Shown piece by piece: positions 24,701 through 37,092 of a DNA stretch of 64,000 nucleotides. Position 1 is the stretch's first letter, and each line of letters opens with the position of its first letter. The notes under the pieces were generated by a model, which searched no databases, was not told where the DNA came from, and saw only the letters and a list, made by a program, of their open reading frames with translations. Both the position numbers and the translations under genes were made by a program. The DNA lies in the NCBI GenBank assembly GCA_026936335.1, contig JAPMXV010000035.1, forward strand, positions 1-64,000, in the 5' to 3' direction. This DNA comes from Mantamonas sphyraenae STR306. Taxonomy: Eukaryota; Protista; CRuMs.

Positions 24701-25027
24701 GCCAGCGTCATCCATAGCAAAAAAAAGGGAGCAGGATTCGGGGGTTGGCGGAAACGCTAATGTGGCAACGTACTGCTCCACAGACTGGAACTTGCGGCGC
24801 TTCTGCGGGTCATTGGCCAGTTCGTTGACGGCCGTCGTGTAGATGTCCGTCACAAACGTGTCCATGTACCCCTGGATCGTTTCCAGCCAGCCGACGTCGT
24901 CGTGCGAGTGCGGCAGGATAAACACCTCCGTCACCTGGTCGTCCTTCTTGTCCACGGCCTCCGATGCTTGAGCGCCCTGCCAACACAGGCAGGCAACCAC
25001 AATTAGCACGAGGAAGGTCTTGCTCAT
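21702..25027 (-). CDS. Lysosomal-type alpha-mannosidase (GH38)
   Basis: Signal peptide, PHSHDDVGWL, GGWVMQDEA, QVDPFG, FGCDFQF, WTGYFTSR, QHHDAITGT; intron ~24457-24771. Confidence 0.95.
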
Positions 25028-25093
25028 GTTTGAATTGTTTGCTTCTGGCCGCGCGGTGCAAACAACCCCAAAGATTGCTGCGCGCACAGCCGC

Positions 25094-26887
25094 ATGGACA
25101 CCGACACATGCGTGCATTGTGGCCATGCAGTGCCCACGGCAAACATGGCCATGCACGAAATCCATTGTCGAAGGAGATCACAGGGCGCCCGCACAACTCA
25201 AGTCCCGTCGCAACGATCATTTGTCAAATCCGAGCCACGAGACGACAATGATCTCCACAAGGACGCAGACACGACGCCCATGACAACGACGACGGCGACG
25301 ACGGCGACAACCACCACCACCACGACAACCACAACCGAAGCAACTGACACAGCCGACAACGTTGACAACGAACTGGACGCCGGCGCTGGCACAGTCGTGC
25401 ACAACGTTCCGCGACAGCTCGAGGCCATGCGCAACACGGGACTGGTGGGCATGATGGTGGGTGATGTTCGGCGAAAGGCTGGTTATGCGCTCATGCACAG
25501 CAAGGCCTTGGGAGGACTGGAGCTCTGGCGTGACAAACACGGCCCGCAAAGCTTCACTGCGGTTGCCACATGCAAGGGAAGCGGCGACAAGGTGTACAAC
25601 ATACGAGCCGTGTGGACCTCCGAGTCTGTAAAGACTATGAGTACGCAGCTGAGTCACTGTGAGTGCGTTTCATGGAGCCGTGAAGGCTGCGCCACCTCCA
25701 ACGGTGCTCGTGTCTGCAAGCATGTCCTGGCCCTCATGTTCTACCTACAAGCGCTTTGGAAACGCCAGGGCCAGCACGACTACGAGCTATCTGCACACAG
25801 CTTCCTCTCCTCCCTTGCCAGCAGCAGCGGCAGCGTCGCCACCGACGACCGTGGGGTAACACAGGACACCCAAGGTTCCACTCTCAGCAGTGTGGGCGCA
25901 TCCATGGATGTGGAGACCTCTCCAACGCGTACCCGCCGCAAGCGCTCCTCCAATGTGCACACGCTGTCACAGCCGCACGTCCGCAACGCCAAGGACTACA
26001 TCAGCGACATGCAAACTCTGCCTCGACACATCTCTGTACAAAACAGTGCCAACACGGCACCGGTGGCCACCTTGTCCACCCCTCAAGCGCGCGCACGCAT
26101 CCGCTCCGCCCAAGAAAAGGCTCGTGCCCTGCTCCACACTCCGGCCACGACCACACACCCCACGACACAGCAAGACCTACCCGCAGCCACAAACCACAAC
26201 GACACGAACGAAAATCCAGCCGCTCGCCCAGACGTCAAGCGCAAGATGCCATGGACTCTCGTGGCAGACGCTTCCGATCGCAAGCGCGCACGCGCCAACA
26301 CATCCTCCAGCTCCTCGTCCTCATCCTCAAAATCCAACAACAATGACAAGCGCTCTCATGACAAGCCAACCTCCAACAAGAACCTCGTTTTGGGCAACTT
26401 TGGAGTCGGCGAGTATCCAGTCGCCGGCCTGGCCGACATGCGCCGTATCGCTGCCCTTGTCCTTGGAGATTCCGATGCATTCGAGCAGCACTGTGCACGA
26501 GCGGTTGCGTGGCACCGTTCCCGCCTGCAATCTGCCCAGCAAGCAGCTAGCGAACTAGCCTCGTCTCGCTTCTCCTCGTCCTCCCGACCCAATCACACTC
26601 CCACAACAACGACCACAACGACAACCACGACCACATCATCGTCATCCTCCTCCTCCTCCTCCTCCTCCTCCTCCTCTTCTGCATTTCACCGCACGCTGCT
26701 GCGTCGTGCCGGCACCCCGCATGCATCCACACCTGCTTCCCCGGGCTCGCCAGAGTCAGTACATACAGTAGCCGTGAAACATTTGAACATAGCGGAACCC
26801 TCGTCGCCCGAAGTGACCTCGTTTGAGGATATGGAGCGGCTGCTCGAGGCCAAAGTGTTTGACCCGCTGGCTGCGCTGCGACGATGA
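25094..26887 (+). CDS. SWIM zinc-finger protein with N-terminal C2HC zinc finger
   Basis: CVHC-x11-HEIHC at the N-terminus; CEC-x15-CKHVLAL SWIM motif; long low-complexity tail. Confidence 0.75.
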   Translation: MDTDTCVHCGHAVPTANMAMHEIHCRRRSQGARTTQVPSQRSFVKSEPRDDNDLHKDADTTPMTTTTATTATTTTTTTTTTEATDTADNVDNELDAGAGTVVHNVPRQLEAMRNTGLVGMMVGDVRRKAGYALMHSKALGGLELWRDKHGPQSFTAVATCKGSGDKVYNIRAVWTSESVKTMSTQLSHCECVSWSREGCATSNGARVCKHVLALMFYLQALWKRQGQHDYELSAHSFLSSLASSSGSVATDDRGVTQDTQGSTLSSVGASMDVETSPTRTRRKRSSNVHTLSQPHVRNAKDYISDMQTLPRHISVQNSANTAPVATLSTPQARARIRSAQEKARALLHTPATTTHPTTQQDLPAATNHNDTNENPAARPDVKRKMPWTLVADASDRKRARANTSSSSSSSSSKSNNNDKRSHDKPTSNKNLVLGNFGVGEYPVAGLADMRRIAALVLGDSDAFEQHCARAVAWHRSRLQSAQQAASELASSRFSSSSRPNHTPTTTTTTTTTTTSSSSSSSSSSSSSSSAFHRTLLRRAGTPHASTPASPGSPESVHTVAVKHLNIAEPSSPEVTSFEDMERLLEAKVFDPLAALRR

Positions 26888-26927
26888 GGCAAATTGTTCA
26901 CCCTGTGTTGAACCAATCCATCCAACA

Positions 26928-27383
26928 ATGTACAGAAGTCCTTGTTTACTATCTCTCGCGCATCCGTGTCCCCTTTCCACCCGTTTTCCATCACGGTGGA
27001 ATCCCTCCCCGCGCAGTTCTCCTGATTCCGGCCGCAACGATCGACTGACCACCCGCACACGGTCCCTGGACAGGTTTCCCAAAATCCTGGAGATGATGCG
27101 CAAACAAGGTGGGCTCAGTGCAGCCAAGGAAGCCATGGAAGGGCTGAAAACAACCGCGTCTTCGGGTGCAGGTCTTGTCAAAGTGCAGGTCAACGGCCTG
27201 GGGGTCGTCGAGCGCGTCAACATCGACGAGAGCATGCTGTTGCCCGAGAGGAAAGAGGAAGTGGAGGACCTCGTCGTGGCTGCCCTCAACAACGCCAACG
27301 AACAGCTCGAGTCGCAGCGGATGGACGCAATGATGTCCATGTTCACGGGCGGCAACACACACCACAGCGACAAGCCAACGTGA
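26928..27383 (+). CDS. YbaB/EbfC family protein (bacterial nucleoid-associated type) with N-terminal extension
   Basis: ASSGAGLVKVQVNG...VNIDESML...EEVEDLVVAALNNA matches the YbaB/EbfC consensus; start uncertain. Confidence 0.88.
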   Translation: MYRSPCLLSLAHPCPLSTRFPSRWNPSPRSSPDSGRNDRLTTRTRSLDRFPKILEMMRKQGGLSAAKEAMEGLKTTASSGAGLVKVQVNGLGVVERVNIDESMLLPERKEEVEDLVVAALNNANEQLESQRMDAMMSMFTGGNTHHSDKPT

Positions 27384-27409
27384 ACAATCAATCGCCTGAT
27401 TCATTCCCT

Positions 27410-30400
27410 TCAAATCACTCCGGTGTGGCTGCGTTGTTTGCGGTGTCGTTTGTGCAGGTGGTGGTGGTGTTTGCGCTGCGTGACGTGGTGGTGATGATGC
27501 AGCTGGTGGTGCTTCTTCATCACCTGAAGGAAGATGTCTGTGTGCGTAAACTCGCCCACGTTGACCACAATGGAAAACATAAACACAGAGTTGGGCAGCA
27601 GAAACAGCAGGTTGATCAGCGGCGGCACCAGCGACGTCAGAATGGCCCACGGCAGCAGTTCCGACGACGACTCGACCAGCAGCGGGATACACAAACTCAG
27701 CAGCACCGCCTGCATAAACATGAGCGCCTGAAGCGCATGGATCATCAGATTGGGGCTGTTGAACCAGAACAGCTCCTCGTGCTTCTTGGCCGAGTCGATG
27801 TTTGTATGTTCGTCGTCCTTCATCTCTTCGGGCGTCTGCAGGTGTTTAAAGTGGTCAAAGTCATGGTCTGTGATGGCCATGGAGATGGCACGCGACCGCG
27901 TCTCGTTTCCACCCATATCGCCGTCGTCCTCGTCGTTGAACGATCCCTGGTGTCGCATCAGCGCCTTGGCTGCGTTGAAGCGGCTGCCTTCGTGCACACG
28001 TCCAGATCCTCGCATCGGCACCGCCGACTCCTCCACAACGTCGTCGTCCACATCATGCACGTTGTCTGCATGCTCGCTGTCGTCATCGTCCACGCTGCGG
28101 AACGTTACCGTGCCCTTTGGCCTCAATTCGCGAGATTGCGCCAACGTCCCATCTACATCTGCATCCTTGTCAACGGTCACCGACGCGGGCGTAGACGCCG
28201 CCTGGATGCCACTGCTTGCTGTTCCAAGCTTGGCTGCAGACATGGCCGCCTCCTCGGGCACCAGCCGGCCCGTGGCGACCTGGCCGATGTTTGTCACACG
28301 TACAGCCTCTTCACTGCCCAGGTCGTCGGTGTCCCCTGGTGTTACGTCACGTGCATCGTCGATGGTGGGCACAACAAGCTCCTCCTCGTCTCCCTGTGCC
28401 CCATGGTCGATATCCAGAGCCACAACGTCCTGAGCGTCGGTGGTCGCAGGTGCAGACATGGGGCTTGTCAGCTTACTCCTTTTCTGCGCCTTCTTGCTAC
28501 CGCCCTTCTTGGACTTGTTGGCTTGTGCGCGCAGATGCCTGTCCAAGGCAATATCGCTGTGCGTCACCGCAAGAACGGGCCGCATGCTTTCGATTGGCTG
28601 CAGCTCTTCCATCTCGCTGTACTCCATCACAATGATGTCATCCACGTTGGCTTCGATTTCAGACACTGCAATGGAGCCGCTTGACTCGGATGACACGCTG
28701 CCTGTGGACGACCCCGATCGCTGGTCGGATCCACTTGCCTCGCTTCCCTCGCTGCTCCTGCTGCTCCTGCTGCTCCTGCCGCTGCTCCTGCTGCTGCTCC
28801 TGCTCTCGTCATCGGTGGAGCCCGTGTCCGACTCGTCACTGCTGCTGGTGATGCTCGTGATGCGCGAGCGTGACGCAGACGCTTCCAGGCTGCGCAGATC
28901 CGACGCGCTCTTGTTCTTTGGCAGGTGTGTGCCCACCAGACCGTGGCAGTTGCTGTTCTTCACCAGCTTCACACGCACTTTGTTGTCCATGTGCACCAGT
29001 TTGGCGCTGCTCAGCGACGACATGCTTCGCTGCCCCAGCATCGTGTTGCTGCGCGCGCGTGTCAGCGAGCTCGCACTCGTCGACGCTCCTCCCTTGGACA
29101 TCATTTTGCGCATATCCGACATGCTCGACACCTCTCCATCCACCATGGTTGCGGTGCTGCGCTGGCTTGCCATGGCCAGCTTGCGTCCAAACACGGGATC
29201 CTCCATAAAGTCGAACAGCGAGTCAGTCGGCTCCAGGTCCGCCAGGCTGTGATGTGAAGACGACTTGCGCAGCGACGACGAGCTGAACGTGTGCTTCAGG
29301 CCACCCAGACCCTTGGATGCCTCTGTGCTCTGGCTCTTGCGCATACCCTTACGCGCCCCTTTGCCCTTGCGCTTTCCACCGCTCTCATTCGCATCCATCA
29401 GTGCACTGCTACTTGCTCCGCGCTTCAACGATGTCTTGCGGTTGGTCAGCAAGCTAGGGGAAGTCGACCGCCGCCCAAACAGCGAGCCCTTCTTCTTGCC
29501 TCCTTTTTTGCCACCGACATCCTCTTGGCCCTCGTCCACATCGATGTGTCCGTCAGCGTCCACCTCGTCGCCCTCCCCGTCTTGTTCGTCGCCCTCCTCC
29601 TCGGTTGCTTGTGTGTCTGCATCGCTGTCTTGGTCGTCCCCGGTCGCACTGAGGTTGACAACGACTGTGTCGTTGTGGGAGCTCGCGTCTGTGGCCGACT
29701 CAGCCCCTTCCTCCAGCTCGCGGCGTTTGATATTGTTCATGGCCAGGGCGATGACCTGGTCCACGTGGCCGTCGGCCGGTTCCTCTTCTTCCAGGTACAT
29801 GGAGGACATGGCGCTGCTTGTACCTGCAGAAGACGTCGTCTGGTTGGCAACAAAGCTGTCGCTGACGCCGGCGGGATCAAAGGCAAACGACTTTGTGACG
29901 CCAAGGTCGTGGCGCAGCGAGTCCTGTGGAGTGCGTGCAGGATCGTAGAACGATGGATGTCCTACTTGCGAGTCTGCCTTTGCGCGCACAATACTCTTGG
30001 CACTGTGCAGCTTAGGGTCCATGGCCGCAATGTCCCCTACAGGTGTGCTTTCGGGCGGACTCTGTCCTTTGCCTGCACTTTCCGTGTTGCGCTGGTAGCT
30101 CTTGGCGGTTGCCGGGCGCGGGGTGGAGGAGAAGGCAGACATGCGTGTGTTGTTTGCACCTTCACCTACAGAGGACTCGGCACTCATGGGCGGCAGCAAC
30201 TCGAGGCTATCGCGCTCGGAAACTGTGCTGGCCACGTTTTCGCCAAGTTCGGGCAAAGAGTTGAAGGACTGCTGGTGCTGTGCGCTCAGAAGACTTGCGT
30301 GCAAGGGGACGGCGGATTGGGGTGCGTTGCCGTCCTGAAGCCGGATCTTGGTGGTTCCTCCGTGGCTGTGGTGGCGCTTGTGTTCGTGTTTCCGGTTGTG

Positions 30401-31748
30401 GCGACCGTGGCCGTGATGGTGATGGTGATGGTGGTGGTGCCTGTGGTGGTGGCCGTGGTGGTGGTGTCTGTGATGGCCATGGTGCCTGTGCTGACTAGGC
30501 ATGTCCACGGCGACCTTGAGGATGTTTGTACTGATGAGCGAATGAAGGATGCTCACACACTTTTTGTACACGACCACAGAGCCGACAAAGAGGACGACGC
30601 CCATGATGATCATGACCTTCTCCATGGAAAACGTTGTGTAGTACGCCATGGGTATCCAGACGCCGACAAAGGACACGAGAACGACGGCCCAGGCCGTCCA
30701 GTTGAGTTCGATCAGGTCGCTGAAGATTTCTTTTGTGCAGCGCTTGAGATAGGAAGAGAAATTGTAGTCGTGGGGAGCGTGGTTGCGCTTGAGGAATCGG
30801 TAGCGAATGGCCTGGTACTCGTACTTCTTGTGCAGGCGGAAATAGTCGTAATGGTAGGTGGGAGAAAGCACACGGCGCCATGTTGGCACGCCCTGCCAGT
30901 AAATATCAAACTCGGCGATGGCGTGGACGAGGGATTCTGTACACACGGCGGGCGGGAGTGAGTGGAAGGCATACGCAGAGTCAGAGGATGGGACAGGAAG
31001 GTGCCGGAGGCGTACGGCGGGTTGTCTGCTGGAAACGGCCCGGCAGCGAGGAAAAGCGGACTCACCTCGGCTTTCGCCGTCCATCACGGTCCACATGTTG
31101 GAGATGCGCACGACCATGACCATAAAGACGACGACAGAGAGGATGTAGAGGAACACAATGATAAAGAGGAACATGTGCACGACCTCAAAGATGTGTTTGT
31201 CGAAGGAAGAGAGCTTGACGGCGCCGGAGCTCTGAAACACAAAGAGAAAGAAGGACACCAGGCCGAGCATCATGAGCTCTTTGTACAGTTTGTTCAGAGT
31301 TGTTTTGAGATGGTTCTGCCTGTTGACGCGGATGTACTGCGGGCGAGTGCGATGCGTGTGTAGGAGCCGGGTTGCACATCGAAAAAGCAGAGGGTCAGAA
31401 AAGCAGAAGAAAAAAGCGAGGCTTCTTCGGGCGTGCGGACGGGCGCGTAGAGGGACAGGGAGGAAGGGCACGCATCACATACGTTTTCAATGGACGCAGT
31501 GATGTGTTCAAACACAAAGGAGAACACAACTAGGCCCGTGAGAATAAGAAAAAGGGGCAAGACGAGCGCTTGCGAATCGTCGAAGCCATCAAAGATGCCA
31601 CCGCTGGCGGCGAGGAGCTGTGTCACGAACGGAGGTGCGGGTATGTTCCAAGCAGAGTGAGCTAGGGCATAGACAAGAAAACGAGAAGAGAAAGGGTGTG
31701 TGGCGTACAGGGAGCATCCGTTTTGCTTGGGCAGCGAGGCGGAGCCAT
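27410..31748 (-). CDS. MLO-family multi-TM protein with ~900-aa low-complexity loop
   Basis: LNKLYKELMMLGLVSF, HMFLF, YNFSSYLKRC, LFWFNSP motifs; introns ~31662-31708, 31337-31482, 30937-31065. Confidence 0.8.
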
Positions 31749-31888
31749 CGGGGGTTGATGAGATGGTGACGTTGAGCAGAGCACAGGGGTGGTGAGTGGG
31801 GAACACAGCTGTGGGAGTAGGAATTGCAAAGACGCAAATGCAGTGAACGCTGGCGGAAGCAACTTTTGCCCTGGCTGCGCAGAGAAGG

Positions 31889-32917
31889 ATGGTCAAACTG
31901 ACGGAGCATCTTGTGCTGACGCGTGCTCGAGCGGCCAAGCTGGAGACCATCACGTCGCTGAACGCTTGGGGCATGCAGCTGGACGACGTCTCTGTGCTGC
32001 AGAGGCTGCCGAACGTGGAGGTCTTGTCTCTTTCGGTGAACAACATCAGCACGCTGGAACAGTTTGCATCATGTAGGTGACAGTGGGCCACAGAGAAGCG
32101 AGACGTCGACGTAAAGGAGGGGGAAAGTCCGCACCCAGTCCACACACAATGGAGCAGCGTGTGTGCGGGGGGTGGTGTTTGCTCGGCGTGACACCCGACT
32201 AACACACGAGGGGACCGCGCACGCTTTCGGCTGGGGTAACGACGCTTCGGGTGCGTCATGCATGGGACCAACTTGCATGTGTTGTGCGGTGGTGTGTGTG
32301 TGTGTGTGTGTGTGCACGCAGGCACAAAGCTGCGTGAGCTGTACCTGCGAAGCAATGCGGTGGCCGATCTGCGGGAGGTGTCGCACCTGGCAGGGCTGCA
32401 AGAGTTGCGCACGTTGTTTTTGGGCGAGAACCCGTGTGAGGGCAGCTCAAACTATCGTGCGTATGTGCTGTCGAAGCTGCCGCAGCTGACAAAGCTGGAC
32501 GACAAGGAGGTGACGTCCGTCGAACGCGCCGAGGCGGCGGAGCTGACCTTTTCGGACGGCGAGGAAGAGGCGGAGGAAGAAAAAGCGAGTCATAAGCGTG
32601 GAGGACAAGGACGCAGCGAGCGCGGTGGTCTGCGTGTGAACGGAGAGGGGTTTGGAGACTCGGGCCTGTCGTCTTCGTCGTTGAGCGAGCTTCACCAGAA
32701 ACAGGTGAACGTGCAGGTAAGTAGTAGAGAAGAATGAGTGGATGAGGTGGTGTGGGAGACACGTACCAGCTGGCTTGGTAGCTGACGCGGCCGGTCAACA
32801 CAGGAGTCCTCGCGGAACATTCTCTATGCGGTGCTGGCTCTGTTAAACGAGCTCGACGAGGACTGTCTCACAGTGGTTGCGGCAGAGGTGGACAATAGGC
32901 TGCGTTCTGGGCGATGA
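31889..32917 (+). CDS. CFAP410: Cilia- and flagella-associated LRR protein (C21orf2-like)
   Basis: MVKLTEHLVLTRARA...LNAWG...VEVLSLSVNNISTL, LRELYLRSN, ENPC...YRAYVL; C-terminal RNILYAVLALLNELD; two introns. Confidence 0.9.
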
Positions 32918-32972
32918 TGATGGTGTGTGTGTGTGGTGTGCGGGTGCATAGCCACCACAAAAACAAAAAAGG

Positions 32973-34043
32973 ATGAGCGAGGACGCTGCTGTGAGTTCTT
33001 GGATTGCTGTGGCGATGTAGAGCGTAAAGTGGACGCGGGTTGGGTTCTGACGCCACATGTGTGTGTGTGTGTGTGTGATGTGCATGTTTGCGTTCGCAGA
33101 CATACAAGATTCAGACGAACGACGATGAGGTCATCGAGATCAGCAAGGAGATTGTGGCCATGTCGGGCACGATGACGCAGCTGGTTGAGGGTAAGTGGAC
33201 CAGAGAGAGAGAGAGAGAGAGAGAACAATCTCGCGTGATCATACAGACGAGCAGTGCGGAGGGAGAGGCGAACGGTTCAAGGCGCAGCTGACAAACGACC
33301 CCGTTCACAGAATTCGGTTCAGAAGACGCCATCCCGCTGACCAACGTGGACAGCGCCATGTTCAACAAGGTGAGTACAGCTGTGCAAATGGAACGGAGCA
33401 GTGTGGAGAGGCTGTCGGGTAGGCCTGCCGCACATGGTGTGCGTGTGGGCGGCGAAAGTGCAAGAGAAGCCGGAAATTCGGGTGTTTAGATTATGTTCCC
33501 TCTCGGCTTACAAAGAAATCGTACACACACGCGCGTTTGCGGCTTGCCACAGGTTCTGGATTATTGCAACCACAAGCTGGAGACCAAGGATGAGGAGTCC
33601 ACGTACAAGGACGCCCGCCAGGCTCTGTCGTTTAACGAATGGTACGACTTGACGTGTACGGAGGGTGGAGCATATTGAATTGTGTGGCGTGGCTGACCCC
33701 GATACACCACAGGGAGGCTGCCTACCTGGATATCACCATCCCGGAGACGTTCAAGCTGATCACGGCCGCCAACTTCTTGGACATCCAGGATCTGCTGGAC
33801 CTGGGCTGCAAGAAGATTGCCAGCCTGATGAAGGGCAAGAACCGCATGGAGATTCTGGAGACCTTTGGCTACAAGGAGGACTTCCCCGAGTCGGCGTACA
33901 CACGCATCCGCAAGGAGAACCCGTGGCTGCACAACGGTATCAAGGAGGACAAGGAAGAGGAGAAGCAGGAGGAGGGCAAGGGCAAGGAAGAGGAGACCAG
34001 CAGCAGCAGCAGCAGCTCCAACACCGAGGAGAAGGAGGAGTAA
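32973..34043 (+). CDS. Divergent Skp1 paralogue
   Basis: IPLTNVDSAMFNKVLDYCNH, LITAANFLDIQDLLDLGCKKIASLMKGK, IRKENPW; 4 GT-AG introns; acidic C-terminal extension. Confidence 0.9.
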
Positions 34044-34119
34044 GCAGAAACCACGCTCACCATCCCACAAGACTAAACCCAAACTAAAACAAACCCTCTT
34101 GCGGTTCGACCCAACTCTT

Positions 34120-36813
34120 TCATGTGTCCTTGTGGCGCAAATCTTGGCTCAGTCGTTCGGCCAACGACCCAAGGGTGCTGCGGTGACCTTCAGCGGTGTA
34201 CGCGCGTTGGTTGGCCACAAATGGCACGACAATGGGGCGAGGTTGCACGGTGGGAGAGAGAGCACTTGAATGCATGCGTGGCGGCGTTGACAGGCGTTCC
34301 TCAAACTCGTCTTCCTCGGCCAGCACGTTGATCCCCTCTTCTGTGGCGTTGCGTTGGTCGCGCAGCCACCTTCGCCCTGCGTTGAGTCCACTGATGCTCC
34401 CGCTGTCGCTCACGTCGCTTAGGAAACGGCTGCGCCGCAGCCGATTTCGTAGCGGCGATTCGTTGCTTGAGCGCTGGTCCACACTGGGCGATCGCGATCG
34501 TCCCGTGCTGCCCGAACCACTCCCCTGTGCACCCCCGGGCACCAGCGAATCCCCGTGTGGAGACGATACTGAGCGCATGCGGCCCTTGGTGGGGCTGTTG
34601 AGTGAAGACGACGATGATCTGCGCTTGCGCATGCGATATGGGCTCCCACTGCTGCGTCGACTGCCCCGTGTTTCTCCGCTCGCATTTCTTCCAAGGACCG
34701 GCGATCCCGCTCGCCCTGCCTGCTTGGGCGAGGAGGCTTTGCCGTTGTCCGGCTCAACAACCCCATTCTCCGACGCCTCATCAACCATACCCTCCTCTCC
34801 GCGTTGCTGCGAGGTCAAGACGGCCACACGAAGCATGGTCTGCTTTTCTCGTTCTCTGGCCTGCGACACTTGCGCTTCCAGCTCCTTGATTCGCTTGCGC
34901 TGTTTCTCGTTCTCAGCTTGCACGCGCTCCAGCGTCGCATTGGCCTCTGCATCGCTGTGCTCCATCTTTCGTGCCAGTGTCTCAAAGTTTCCGTTGACAT
35001 TTTGCTGCAACCAGGCCAGCTTGGACGTCAGATCCTGCTGGGAAGCCACGTGTGCCGCAAACGCCTCCGAGTTTTCGCCCACAGCCTCCGACCGAGCCTT
35101 TTCCACCATCTTCTGCTCCAGCGCGTCGTTCTTGAACATCAAGTTGATCATTTCGCTGTGTGTCTGCTGGTGCTGCTCCTTCAGCTGTTCGATCTCCATG
35201 CGCAACCTCTTGTTTTCATACTCGAGCTCCTGTACACGGTCGCGATTCGGCTGCTCCACAGCCTCCTTGTTTTCAGAAATGCCCACTACGTCTGTAAAGG
35301 CCACCAACGTGTCGTACTCTGCCTTGATGACCGACAGTAGAAAGCTGTAAGGCGTGTCCATGTCGATGATCGACTGAAACAGGTCGGCAAACACCTGGTA
35401 GCGGATGGGGCATGGACCTTGGTTCTTGGCCCCCTTCAGTTTCAGCGTTTCCATCACTCGGATTTCCATGTCGACCACCCTGGAGCGGAAACGCTGCATG
35501 TGCGCCGTGTCGTACTCTTCCTCCTCCCGGTCGGCCACCGTGAAGAACTGCGACGGGTGCTTGTCCTGGAATGCCCCCTCCTTCTCTGCAAAATCTTCGA
35601 TCCAATCCATAGTCGACGCTGTGGGCTGCAGCAGGCCTACAAGTGAGCCACGGCGCTTGGCCTCTCCCGCTTCCTGCCCGCCTCCGGCCAGGGCTTGCTG
35701 GCGCGATCCCGAGGCCGACTTGGCCTTCTTGTTGTGCTTTGAGGAGGTGGAAGAGGATGTGGATGCCGTGCCGTGGCCGTATCCTGAGCTGGTCTTTGAT
35801 TTGCGCCCCACCACAACGGTGTGTTTGTCGTCCACGTCTCGCTTGAGCGTGCCGATGTGCTTGCCGAACATCTGTGCAGAAAACGAGACGGAACTGGCCG
35901 AGGATTCGTCTGCAGCGCCTTTGGCTTTCGGTGTGCGAGTCTTCTTCGCACTGCGTGGGCGCAGGCTACTCTGGCGAACCTCGCCCAGTTGATGGACCTT
36001 GGTGACGTTGCGAAAGTCGTAGCTGGCGCTGGGCGGACGCGGCGTAGAGCCAGAGCGCACCTGTGCACTGCTGGGCCGCCGTGCGTTTGTGCTGTGGTTC
36101 CACGGAGGATTGGTAGACACGGGGGCGGCCTTGCGCGGTCCTGCACTTTTCGGACGTGCTTCCTTGTCCTGAGCGCCATGCTGCGAGTGTCGCCCAAAGT
36201 GGACATGTGTGAGGAACAAACAGATGTCGAAAGGTGGTAGTCGCATGGCAGATGCAGGTGCGCTGTGCCTGGCCGGGACCAGCGGCCGGTCAGCTCGGCA
36301 ACGGGTGGATTCGCAGCCGGCGCGCCAACATCGCCTCGAGCCACGTGTACAAGTGCAATGGACTGCCTACCCACGGGACAGAAGGTGCGAGAGGCGAGAG
36401 GGGAAACTGTGCGTGGGTCGGTTGAGGAAATTGCGGGCACTCACCAGCGAGCCGTAGTGGATGGTGGCAAATTCCCGGTATCCTGGCAGCTTGTCCAAAT
36501 ACTGTGAGAATTGCGGGATATACGCCGAATACTGTTCAAATGCCTCCACGCTCTTCAGCTTGGCCTGTTCGGCGTCGTCCAGTTGCTCGATGTCCTCCTC
36601 CGCGGCAGCCTTTTGCCGTGCGTGTTTGGCCGACTGAAGAGCGCGGTACTGCAGCGCATTAAAGTCGAGATAGGCAAAGTTGTGTTTCTGCAGCTCTTCG
36701 GACACTGGGTGTTGTGTAGAGCGTGCACGGTTCTGGGAGCGACGCATGCTGGAGGTCGACACTTGTTTGCGCGACCGGGCGCTTGCGCAGCCGCACCCGC
36801 TGCAGATGGCCAT
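34120..36813 (-). CDS. Coiled-coil protein with TSNAXIP1-N-like domain
   Basis: RYQVFADLFQSIIDMDTPYSFLLSVIKAEYD followed by a long coiled coil; intron ~36182-36444; start uncertain. Confidence 0.6.
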
Positions 36814-36999
36814 CGCCCACAAGGTTGTGGACACGCACATCCGTGGCAACACGACGAAAGGGAAGAGTGTGTGGGCGAGATTGTGGAGGGGGTGGGGGAT
36901 CGAATGCGTGGGGACAAAGCTCCGCTCGCACAGCCACCAAAACCAGAAAGTGCGTCCGGTGACACACACACACACAACACACCCCCACGACATTTGCAC

Positions 37000-37038
<39 letters not shown>

Positions 37039-37092
37039 CCACTCTGTTGTCTTGCACGTTGTGCCCATTGCTTATGCACACACACAGCAAGC

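Noticed and set aside
36960-37090. (CA)n/(GT)n, (GA)n and (TCC)n tracts here and in many introns and CDSs
   Set aside because: Ordinary microsatellites; no spacer structure, not CRISPR-like
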